Source: Paraspadella gotoi
Taxonomy: Eukaryota; Animalia; Chaetognatha
Assembly: GCA_051294375.1 (NCBI GenBank)
Contig: CM119263.1
Span: forward strand, 6,487,645-6,551,644
Length of the DNA: 64,000 bases
Direction: 5' to 3'
Shown here piece by piece: positions 28,001 to 58,237 of the stretch. Both the position numbers and the translations under genes were made by a program. Below the pieces are notes generated by a model. The model saw only the letters and a list, made by a program, of their open reading frames with translations, did no database searches and had not been told where the DNA came from. Each line of letters opens with the position of its first letter. The first letter of the stretch is position 1.

Positions 28001-29598
28001 TTTATTTTATTTTATTCTATTTCTTATTTTATGTCTTGATCAAAGAATTTTAATCATATATCATATACAACACAAAAGTAATATTATTTTGATTTATAAA
28101 ATATTTTTGTAAGTACCAAATGTACGCAGTAACAGTTCAGTTTAAGCCCTTGAAAGTGATATACATGTATTGGCGCAGCCACTGGTTTATTTTTTGCTCA
28201 ATTTTTTTTATTTTCTGTTTCTGTCAAGATTATAAATGAAATAGAAAGTTATTAATATATTCAAAATATATTTGAAGTGTATGACCTAATCCAAATAAGC
28301 AGTTTATGTTTGGTTTCTGTGAGGCCAAAACTGAAAAGTGCTTCCACGTTTCATTAATAAAATCTTTCATCAAAGACGATAAATATTGTTGGCGAACCTT
28401 GTTATAGTGTTATAGTAAACAATGCTTTTTCCTTTTTTTTTTGTTTTGTTTTGTTTTTATTTTATTTGCCTGTTAAGGTATTTGTGCGTCAATCTGTATC
28501 ATTACTTTATATGGTTAAAAACATCTCATTTCCTCAATTTTGAACTTTTATTAAAGTGTTTTTAGTTCCTTTCTTTATTACTAGTTTCCTTTCAATTTTT
28601 TTGCCACATTTTTAGATTCCGTAACAATTTTTAATCATCCGTGTTCATAATGTGAAAAAAAAATTAGGCTCTAAAAGTTTTGTCTTTTTATTAATCCCAC
28701 GAGTTATTGAAATTCTATATTTTGGAATTGATCTCTTTTTGGTCTCAATATTTTCAATTGTCTTGGATCTTCGTTTCTTTCTAAGAGCCATGATTTCCAC
28801 AGTAATACTCATACCCACAGTACCCACACTGAACTTTTCATACCCATCTACCTTCCGTCCCCCGACGCCCTCGTGTGTACAAACGTTGGAATGAAATTTT
28901 ACGTTCGTCTCTCTGACGACAGCGACGCCGACGACGACCGAACGACGACGACCGAACTTTTCGATTTTCGCGACGAACGCTGATTTATAGTAGACAACAG
29001 ATGGCGTTAACGGCGCCGCGATGACGACGACGACGACGCCCTCGACGACGACGATTTCTACGTAAAGGAGAAGACGATTGTCGACGTCACTCAAACGAAA
29101 ACATCGGACAACAACAACAACGACGACGACGACGGTGACGTTAGATGGATCTCGAGTGCCGGAGATCTCGTCGAGGGCGATTGGGTGAGGTTTAGAGGGG
29201 AGGGAGTCCGTTAGGCTTCTCCCTGGAACCTTTTAGACCCTCGGAACTTTGCCTTGCCACATTAATTGATTTGCAAGATGGAGCTTCTCGGCTACAACGA
29301 CAACGACAACGACGACAGCAACGAATTTGACGACGAAGACGACATCTGTTTCGACTCAGCGGAATTTTCTTCGCATTTAATTCCCCTCAAAAACGCCGCC
29401 GCTGCCGCCGCCGCCCCTGACGCTCCTCCCCAGTTTTATCGTCCCTCTTCAGAGACTCGCAAAAACCGTGAAAAGCCAGAATCGCACCTGAGGCGGACCG
29501 ATGGGACTTGAGTGCGTTCTCTCTCTCTCCCTCTTCCTCCCTCCCTCTCTTTTTCTCTTTTTTTTTCTTTGTCTCTATTTTTTCTTTCTTTCCTTCTT

Positions 29599-29657
<59 letters not shown>

Positions 29658-29725
29658 TCTCCCTCCTCTCTTTTTCTCTTTTTTTTTCTTTGTCTCTATT
29701 TTTCTTTTTTCTTTCTTTTCTTTTT

Positions 29726-29757
<32 letters not shown>

Positions 29758-29770
29758 CTCTATCTCTGCT

Positions 29771-29802
<32 letters not shown>

Positions 29803-30224
29803 TCCCTCTCCCTTTGCCAAACCCTCTTTTCTTACGTCATTTCGTCTTCAGCCCAGCGACCAAAACAGTATTTCTCACTTTATTTTGGTCAAAGTTGATC
29901 TTTTATTGTTTACTCTTTCGCTCAGAGAGGGAGAATTGCGCAAACCAACGCAGGCTTGACTCATTGGTGACCAGCTCCGGGTCAACCACCTGAGGGCAAT
30001 CGGATCACGCCAAATTGTTCATCACACAGAGTCAGTGAGTCTGTGACTCACGGAACAATAAAGAGGAAAAATCACCTCGCTGCATCGAGGCACGCAAGGA
30101 GTCAGACCGGCCGTCCTTTTCACGAAGGTCGGTGAGACTCAGTTTGAGTGACGCGAAATCGGAAAAATGACGTAAATCAATCCTGAGATTTCTGTTTCGA
30201 CGAGAGTGACGAAATGTCGGAGAG

Positions 30225-30281
<57 letters not shown>

Positions 30282-31988
30282 GAAATAACTTTTCACTTAC
30301 ATTTTTCCTAGTTTTATGTCTTAACTAGATTCGAAGTCATATGTTATATTTGATAAGCTAATTCTGGACAAAGTACATTCCGATTCTGTCTCAGTTATTC
30401 ATAAAATCCGTCAATGATATGTACCTTTCGATGATATATCACAAATCCCCTGATGACATGACCGACGTCGCCATTTTCCGTCTTTCGTCAGGCGACTCAA
30501 CCGACGGGGAGCCTGATGAAAACCGAAGACGACGACGACAACGATGACCAAATTGTACTGGGGACCAACTTCGTTTTTCTCTTCCAACGCAAATTCGAGA
30601 TTTTATGTTTACAAAAAAAAAAAAAATTCATCTCTTTTTTTTTTTTTTTTTCGGGCGACAATTTTTGGGAACGAAGAATTTTCAAAGATTCACGCTGACA
30701 AATTTACAGTCTCTTCGCGTGAGAGAGGAAAAACTTGTTAAACGGAAAAAAAAAAAATTTTCTTTTAATTTATAAAATTTGGAAAAGATAAACCGAAAAC
30801 CATAAACAACGAATTTTGTCGGTTGTAAAAACATTCAACGTCTCCGGTTCATTTGGCGGGACTTCGAGGTCCCCGCCCACGACAACGACAACAACAACAT
30901 TCGTGAAAGGCCGTAAAGTTAAAGAAATAAAAATATATTAAAAAAAAATTTAAATAAACAAATAAAAAGCCTCGTTATTCTTCGAGCGGCTTTTTGGGCG
31001 TTGAAACTGGTGATGTTCGAACCCAGCGCTTCCGTCGTTTCAAAAATAATAATAATAAAAATAATTCTCACAACGGTTCGAAAACTGCTTTCATTTTCGG
31101 GGGTTTATTGGTTCGGCGGAAAATACGGTTTATGCTATTTTGTTCGGTTAAACATATTTTCGCGCTAAAAATTAAATTCGATTAAGAAAAACGCCAACGT
31201 TTAAGAAAATCCTTTTTTTATCCTCGAGATTTTATTTTAATTCGGAATTAATGAGAAACGGATTCGCTCTACTTCTCGACCTCGCCCAACGTGAGACGCC
31301 ATCTTTCTTCTCCGGAGTGAAATCGCGCGCCTCTCACGGCCAGCGCGCGAACTAAATGAAAACGATTCCAGCTAAACGCTACGAGCTAAAATCTTGGGGG
31401 TCGGTTGAACCTCGCAAAATATGATCTTTCATGCGGTCGAGTTTATTAAAAAAATTTTTTTCATACATAGATGGTGTAAATATGTTATTCTTGCTTCTAG
31501 GTGTGGACTGTGGAGCAAGGGGCCGTCCCGCGGGGTGGTTTAAGGGGCGGCCCCGAGAGGGACGAAACCCAGGGGTCTGGGGATTACTTTTTTAGACTTT
31601 AGGGATCACCCCGGGGGGTACTACAATTTACAACACTACAATGCTCCCCAAGTAGCAAACAAAGGGATTATAAACTTATTAACACCTTCGGATAGCTATT
31701 TTTTATTATTTATTATTTCTTTCGTTATTTTTGGTCTGTTACCGAAAAATTAAGGAAATGCTAGATAACGAACGGGATAAAGCGAAATCATGCAGACAAG
31801 AGAGAGTTATGTGAATAAAATTTAAGCAATCCAATTTAACAATTTTTGTACACTTGCATAATAATGAAGTAGGGAGAACTAAGAAAACAATCAATCTGAA
31901 CTTAAACTTAAACTACTACTTCCGCCAAAATTAAGAACGACAAGTAACAAAGATTGAAAAAAAAAACGTTCACTCTTTAGATCGACAG

Positions 31989-32019
<31 letters not shown>

Positions 32020-32301
32020 CCAGAAAAATGCGCTGAGTTATGGCGGAGGTAAAACAGTAAACGGTTGCGTGGACCCTCGCGCCCGCGTCACGCCTCCGCG
32101 CCTCTGCGTCACCCCCGCCCCCCGGCGTCAAGTCTCCACGCCCTATCCTTCTCCTGAAATTAAGGGGCAGACAGGGAGTGGGGGAGAAGGGCAGTGGGGG
32201 AGAGGGTTCCAACTCGTAAACTTCCCCTTAAAACTTTAAAGGGAGAAATAATATTCCTTTGAACTAAAAAAGAAGAAGAAAAAAAAGAAATTCTCTTTTT
32301 A

Positions 32302-32384
<83 letters not shown>

Positions 32385-33166
32385 TGAAATAATTAGGCGA
32401 ATTGGTTTATTTCTGGCTTCGGTGGCCGTGTCCCGCCTTTATCCATGACTTTCAAATGAAGGCCTTTTTAGGGACCCTATCTTTTATTCTCTGTCTCTCT
32501 CTCTCTTCATCTCTCTCTCTCTCTCTTTGATCCTTCCGGTCCGAGCGTCGTTTTATTTTTGATGGAAATCGACACAAATCGTCCTCAGCACCAGACGTTC
32601 GTGTCGGCCGCCGTCGGTACAGTAGGCGCGGCACACGCGAATCGTCTCAATCTTTGAAGTACCGTAAATCCGCCATATAAATCACGCGGTCACTAATTTT
32701 AACGCGCCGAGTTGTAGCCTCGCGTCAGAGTCGATTTTCGGTCACGAATTACTCGACGTAAAATGGTTAATTAGAATCGGAAATCAGCGTCCAATAAATG
32801 GAATGAGTCGGTTGATATTCGAATGATTAACGCGCAAAACTATCGACTAATCGGCATTAGTCCATTACCGATTCGAATCGGAACATTTTAACTTTCTTTA
32901 TCGCCGATAAAGCGCGAAAATAACGACGGTTGAGCATGACAATAAAATGACGCGATAAAAAAAAATTAAATAAATAAATAACTCGGGAACTAAATCGCAT
33001 AAAATTAATCCGCTTTTTGTTTTGTTGATTCCAGTCAAATCTCGAATCGCCTGCGGCCGACGACGACGACAAGAGCGACAGGAACGACGACGACGGCGAC
33101 GACGATAGAGACCATAGCTACGGCAACGACGACGCCGGGAACGCCTACCCATTCGCCGACGCCGCC

Positions 33167-50884
<17,718 letters not shown>

Positions 50885-53826
50885 TGCTTTTTGTGTTGTA
50901 GTTATTATTTACTCGTATTTGATGCACGTAAAAACAAGAGTTGTTTTGTACAGTATTTATTTTATTATTAAATAAGTTTTATTTTTGCTTTGGAACCGAG
51001 TCTTTTTTTCATACTATTTTGAAATTAGATAATTTAATTACATAAGTCTTGGCAAAAAAAAGTGACACTCTTCTCTATCATTTGTTTTCTTTCAAGCTGG
51101 TGGCGCTGCTAGTTTCAATCGAATCCAGAAAAATGACCAAACGGCAGAAAAATATTCAGTTAGAAATCAAGTTGGTGTGCGATTTTTAAATTTCCTAACT
51201 TTCGATAAAACTTTATTAAAAACTTTACAACTCCGTGGTTAAGATCGCCATGATGTTTATTTGCTCAGCTTCGAGTCGAAGGTGATCACGATGAGGATGA
51301 CCACGATGTCTGAATTTAGTTCCCGAGCAGACGCAACGTAGAAAGTATCGTTTTAACTTGCTAGCTATCCTTTATCCAAAAAAAAAAAAAGAAACCAAAG
51401 TATAAAGTGATTGGTCAATAGGTCATGTTATCAACTAAATAATGATGATTATGTCTTCTACAATAAAAGCACAAAAATTACAACCAGTAAGAATAACAAA
51501 ATATACAACAATCAGTGACTAAAACATAATACAACTATACATCTTTATGATTTAGTCTTGAAGCAAGATCCATTCGAGAAATCCACCTTGATTGATGAAA
51601 GAATGACAAGATTCCACTCATCACAGTTATTTTAACAGTATTCCCAGATTATTGAGAACTTCTTTCTTTGCTTTCCGCTTATAAAGGATGGCATCATTTT
51701 ATAAATGGTAAAGGTTCCACATTTCTATAGTTAATATTAAAATATCATGCTTTTTTTTAAAAATAGCGTTCAATTTTATCTATTATGAATGAACGTATTA
51801 CATTAATCTACTTTTGGCGGTTGCGGGCCATTAAAATGTCAAAAAAATATCGTGCAAAAAATATATGTTTTCTCATGTAGATTGTCAAATTCTTCCGAGA
51901 TTATAGCAACTATTGTTAAAAAAAAAAAAAAACATTTGTACATGACTAGATACCGACAGGTTGGATTACACGAATATAATATAAAAAGAGCCATAATACC
52001 GAGTGGCAATAAAAAATTAGTCCTATCGCAAAAAATAAAAAAAATTATTTCGCCATTTTTTGAGCATGATTGACAACTAACGCCGAGGTAGCACGTTTTA
52101 ATTTGCTCTTGTTAGTGCGTATTATGTTTACCATAAAAATGTCAAAGAAATCGAGCCTCAGAAATGATATACTTTGGGAATACTTTTCAATTTTAAAATC
52201 GTCACGCTAGTGACTAAAATGTTTTGAAAACAGCGTTGCGAAAAAAAAAGGGAATTATTGCCAAGGAACAGGCCGTGTAACGTGAAATCCATAACTGGAA
52301 TAATATACCGAAATGGGGATGACGATTATTATTACTTAAGAAAATAAAATGAGTTGGACAAAACAGCAGAATGATCTATGAAGAAGGTTGAATTGTTACA
52401 TCATGTAAGTGACAGGTGTTCTAAAAATAGAAAAGTAATATGCTAAAATTCTTAAATAAGAAAAAAAAAATGCTCTGTTGGGTTGTTTTTTTTTTTTTTA
52501 AACAATAAATGGAAGATAATTTGTGTAGAAAATACGGAAAGAAAATGATCTAGGATGGAGAAAAATAAGCATCTGATAAGACAAAGGTTAAATCTTTGTC
52601 GTCATAGACATCTAGCGGGAATTGGGGGAGGGGAGTCACGTCTAAACAGAGAAATTACGATCGCGCCATAGGGCTTTCCACTTTTATCGGAAGTAATTTC
52701 GCTTTTCGATATGTTCCAGAGTTTCGTTTCGATTACAAGCTGCTTGTGGTCTGGCCACAGTGACATTCGCTTTCAGTGACGTCGGTTAGAAGACAAACAT
52801 TTGATACGATATCGAGATTAAGCTCACATTACGGTGCATATTTCTGGTTTTTTGTTTTTTAAATTATGTAAGTTAAAAGTTATGCTTTGGTTTAGGTGAT
52901 TCGATTTTACAGGTGCTCAACACGAAAATAGTGACTGGGTATAAATCGTGTCGTTCGTTACTGTTTGGCGATTCTTTTACAACATAGTATACAAAAATAA
53001 GCACTTAAGTTCGACGAAGAGTAAAAAAATATGTATAAACGGAATACGTTCTAATTTTGACGGTAGGTATATGGGCATACAAAAATACTGCATCTTTTAA
53101 AACATTTCTTGGAGAATCTTTACTTTATTTTTTTGTCCCGCGGCAGAGCGAACCTGAAAAATCTTTTGATATCGAATTCTTTGGATTAGTTTTGAGGCGT
53201 CGCCATCATATTTTAAAGACAAGCGCGAAGGTTTTCCAACGGACGACTTTATAAGAAGCTTTTCTTTTCAATTGCCTGTGCGTGATTATTTCGGAAAAAT
53301 AATAATAGAATAAACCGCTTCTTTTTCTTAATTTCTTTTCATATTTGGCGAGGGGGATTTTTATCGCGGTAGGTTTCTTGTGAAACAAAAGTATCACATC
53401 GCGAGTAAAAGAGAGAGAGAAAGAAGATAGTCTTGATATTCTATCCCAGAAGGCAAGATAGAATGATGAGAGGCGAAGGGAGAATGTTTTGTATTTCCAA
53501 CAAGAACAGGAATGTTGCTCGGGAATGTTGCAGAGGTGAAATGCTTAGGTGAAGAAGACGTGCGCGCGCGGCTTTTTTCCGATTCGATTCTTTCAATTTA
53601 AAAAAATTATTATTTCTTTGGTTTTTTTGCTCTGAAATATTTTTGACCTTTATGCTTTCAATTTATAAAATTTAAGTCCCGTTCACCGTTCGTCTTAACG
53701 TTCGATTTTGCTCGAGTTTTATCGCGAAATTTACATTTTTTTTAAAAAAACGATAGCAACGCATCTCTGGTTGTTTAATACTCTGTCCCATGGACAGAAG
53801 GGCGTTGCTATTTTGTTCCGCACCGA

Positions 53827-55875
53827 TCAGACCGAAACGCCGCCGCCATCCCTCGAGTCCTTAAGAATGATGACGTTGCCCTCGTAACCTGTGGAACGGA
53901 AAAGACGAATCGACGTTGAGTCAAGTTCTTTGAACCCAAAAAGCTAAAAAAAAAAGAAGAGGATTGACGGTTGAACCGACTTACCAGGTCTCAATTGGTG
54001 AGGCTTGAGAATTGGAGTTGTCAGCGTGAGCCACCGTTCCTTCAAGGATCCTTCGGCGAATATCAGTTTGTAGACCAAAACAATTGGAATCATGACGACC
54101 GACATCAATGCCAAGCACCACCTGAGGATTCAATAGCAAGCGTTAAGGTCGTGAGCTGTGCAAATGGTGCAAAATGTGCATTAATAAAGCATAGAGCGAA
54201 TGTCGACTTATTTAACTTAGTTGGTAACTTAAGGTGGCACTTTGCAATCGTCGCCCGACAAAATGTTTTTGATAACTTTCTTTTTCTTTCTTTATTTTTT
54301 CCTTTGATCCTTTCCATCCCTTCCTGCTAAGACTCCTCCTCCCATTTTTTTCCTTACCCGATCGTAATTCCCCAGACTGGGTACTTGTATGTCCTGTTGT
54401 AGGTCAACGTTTCGTAGTTGGCCACAGTCATAATGAACATGATGCTTACAAAGAGTGGCGACGCAATCATCCACAAGTATTTCCAGACAATTCCAGGGCT
54501 GAAGCCGAACATGAAGGAAATGTCCTCCATGAATCGGTTAACGCCTGAAAGCAAAATAAAAAATTCGTTGTAGCGAACGGGATTAATTGTATTTTATCAT
54601 GCGATAACACTAATTTACTTTTACGACGCTAGAGTTTAAATCTTTAACGAGCCTTTTGTTTTTTTCCTTTTTTAACTCACCGTAAACGTAACAAATGGCC
54701 AGACACTCGGCCAGTGCAATGAGAAGGATGATTCGACTACCGGAATAGTAGTCGAACAGTTGGAACACGTACATTCCGCCCTGGATACCAAATATTTTAT
54801 TACATAATATAAAACATCAATTGAAAATAGAATTTAAATAAATCAAATCAAGAACGAAGTGAACTCACATTTGTGACCATGCTGAGTCCGATCAAGTAGG
54901 AGATGATGGCCGTGATCCCGATGAAGATTTCCCGTCTGTATCCTCCCTTTTTGCGGAAGAAATCGGGGAACAGGTCGACGACCGCCGTGACGAATCTGGC
55001 GAGGGAACAATCAATTGCAATCAGAAGCAAGCAAAATCAAAATCAAATGAAAGTAGTAAACAAAATAAAAACCAACTGAACAAAAGTGAAATAAAAAAAA
55101 AGCAAATTAAAAAATAAAGCGAAATTAAAATAAAACTAAAAAAGAGAAAGGTAAGTAAGCGAACTCTTGTTTTAACTCACCCTTCGACGCCGACGAATTC
55201 CGAGTCGAGGCCGAGCAGAAGAACCATGAAGAAGAAGAGGATCGCCCAGAGGGGCGAGAGGGGCATCTGCGCCACGGCTTTGGGGTAGGCGATGAAGGCC
55301 AAGCCGGGACCTGGGGGTAAGGGCGAGTAGAGAGGGGATCGAGGGAAAATGGATTTTAAAACCCAGTCACGTAAGAATGAAATAATAATGAAAATAATAA
55401 TATTGATTAATTGATTATAATATCGTCAAAACACTTAATTTAAGTAGAGAAAAAAATGCGAAACTGTACAATGTACAGTGTACATTTAGCAATTGTAATG
55501 TACCCGATTCGGCGACGTCTTTGACGGCCTTCCCGGCCTCTTTGGCCATGAAACCCAACACCATAAAAATGACGAAACCAGCGTAAAAACTGGTTCCGCT
55601 GTTTGTCAACGCGAACATGACTGAATCTCTGTGTTGAAAAAAATGGGGGAAAGGGAATTCGGGTGAGGGAGGTGAGGGGGAAAGGGGGGGGGAAATAGAA
55701 GAAATGAATGAAGGAGAGGGAGAAAGATAAGAGGGTGATGAGTAAGAGAAAGAGAAAAATATCGGGAAGGGAAAAGGATATGGAAGAAAAGGAAACGGAC
55801 AAGTCGGGATAGGAGATGGAAAAATTAATTAAGAACAATCATCGAACAATTAAACATCTTCTAACGGGGGACATC

Positions 55876-55934
<59 letters not shown>

Positions 55935-57078
55935 TGGAAAACTAAATTATTATTAAAGCCTATTAAAAGTATACATAAACTCGTAAAATAAGATTATTAT
56001 GAAAACTGTATTAGAAGATATGAGAAATTATCTAAACTGCTACAATATGTAAATGAGATTGAAGAACTTAATTTCATTTGTAATGAACCACAAATTATTC
56101 TGCTACTTCCATCATCTAGCAATAATCTCTCACATTTAACGTTTTGTCATCAATATTCACAGACAACGCATTTCCGTTCGCCGCTTCGATCGTCATCGTC
56201 CTCACCCATTATCACTTTCTTCCTTCAACCGCGAATCCAATATCGCACTTCCTTCCTGCCAATATTTGCAACCCCCCCTCTCTCTCTCTTTGACATCCAG
56301 AACTGTAAACCGACCTAAAAGAATTGTGGTGAAATTTGTTGTAGCTTCCCAACGCCGTCAATGTTCCAAGCGAAATGGAATAGGAGAAGAAAATTTGTGT
56401 CCCCGCGTCGACCCAGACCTTAGATCGGATCGGGAGGGGGGCGGCGGGTGGGCGAGGGGGATGCGGGGGGGGGGGAAAGTTGGCGGGGTTAAAGATTGCA
56501 TCACTAAATCGAAGAAATCAAAACGATTATAAGAGCAAGAAATAATATTAAAACTAAACTGACTAAAAAGAAAACAAGATTTAGAAGAAAAAAAATATTT
56601 AAACGAAATTTTGTGAGAATCAAATAAATTTAAGGTTGAACAAAAAATCATGGTTAAGTTATCGTCGTCGCCGCCGAAACTCACCTCCATGGTGGCCAGT
56701 TTGCTCCATTCGGGCATGAGGTAAGCCTCGATCCCGAGGATAGCGCCGTCTAGGGTCGCGCCGCGGATACAGAGAATCGTCATCAAGACGTAAGGGAAAG
56801 TCGCGGTGAAGTACATCACCTGACCAGGGTAAGGTACGGGGTGAAAAGAAGTGGGTTAATCTCCCGAGAACATAAAAAAAGATACCCACCTAATAAATTA
56901 CCTTTTTCGTCACTTAAACACTTAAAAATCAAGATACGGACTTACCTTTCCGGATGTCTTGATTCCCTTGCAGATGCAAAGATAGACGATGACCCAGGCG
57001 AGCAGAAGCGTGAGCGCCAAATCCCACTTGATGCCACCCGGATCTTCCAGGCCTTTGGAGATGCCAAGGATGTGTCGC
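53827..57078 (-). CDS. SLC6 Na+/Cl--dependent transporter (GABA/taurine/betaine/creatine subgroup); only the exons from the end of EL2/TM4 to the C-terminus are present
   Basis: Phase-consistent GT-AG exons: 57078-56946 ([44 protein letters not shown]), 56819-56685 ([10 protein letters not shown]), 56418-56315 ([27 protein letters not shown]), 55628-55504 ([13 protein letters not shown]), 55310-55181 ([23 protein letters not shown]), 54995-54869, 54780-54681 ([15 protein letters not shown]), 54544-54358, ~54121-53985, ~53888-53827 (TGA). No TM1-TM3 exons (GLGNVWRFPY etc.) were found in the window. Confidence 0.93.
55876..55931. repeat. (TTA)n microsatellite in an SLC6 intron
   Basis: Directly visible trinucleotide run. 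Confidence 0.95.
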
Positions 57079-57322
57079 CTTATTAAGGGAAGGTGGATAA
57101 GGGAAATTTGGGGGGAAAGATAAAAAATGAAATTTATTTAAATACGATGAAAGCAAGGATAATCTTGCCAAGCTAAAGCCTTTCATGTTAATTAAAATTT
57201 CAGCTAACCAAGAAAATAAAAATAGGTAATTTGTCTAAAAAACCTAGCTGGTGAATATCATCATAACCTAATTTATATTTAAATGAGTTTAAGTAAAAAT
57301 AAGGCAAGGAAAAACAATTTGA

Positions 57323-57328
57323 TTTATT
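57323..57328 (-). promoter_or_regulatory. Candidate polyadenylation signal (AATAAA) for the Xsc-like gene
   Basis: TTTATT on + (AATAAA on -) lies ~220 nt downstream of the Xsc stop codon, with a second at 57133-57138. The region is AT-rich, so chance occurrence is possible. Confidence 0.35.
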
Positions 57329-57546
57329 TTGGTTCATTTCCAAGATAGTTCGGCTTTAATTAACTCGTGTAATTTCTTCATCAATGTTCCCACGATATAT
57401 TGAAGTATGGAATCTAATGATTAGTTAACAAAATAAATTAGAAAACGCGATATCTTGACATCGGCTGCTCGGTCCAACGGTCGGTCGGTCGAACGGTCGG
57501 TCCGTAGATCCTCCAGCCGTCGGCTTCTTGGTCGGCCCCGCCCTTT

Positions 57547-58199
57547 TCACTTCAAGTCGGTCGGTTGCCCCGTCGACGATTCCTTCGACTCCGACAGAGA
57601 AGAATACTTCTGCAGCAGCCGCTTCGGCAGCTGCATGGCGTCGCGGCGGAAGGGATCTCCCAACTCTTTCGTCAACATCAACTCCAGAACCGTCGTTTTG
57701 CCCTCGCTCTGGTTCTTTATGGCCTGAAGAGAAATATAATTGAAATAGAGAATAAGTCTACCTCCTTCCCCTCTTGTAAATTCCTCACGACTCTTATTTC
57801 TAAAACTTACACTCCTTAGCAAAAACACCCCCCCCCCCGTGTCCCCCATTTCGATTTCCCCTTTTTGGTTTCCGACCAAATCTTCCAGGCAATTTTCTAT
57901 TCACTCGATCCATCATCAACCGGGTTTGGTGATGGGAGGGATATAAGGCATCAACGGAGACTCGATTGCGGATGTTATGGAACGGGAACAACAAGGCGAA
58001 ACCATTATAAAGATATGGGTGGTTCACAAAGTAGTGAAATGGTTTTAAAAGATTTTTAGATTGCTCTACGAGTAGAAAAGTAAAAAAGATCAGGAGAAGG
58101 AAAAGTTGCGTGAAAAGTAAATTCGGAGCGAAGAAATGGTGAAGTTTACGGTTGAACGAGTACGCGGAGGGGGTGGCAGGGGAGAGGAGAGAGAGAAGA

Positions 58200-58237
<38 letters not shown>

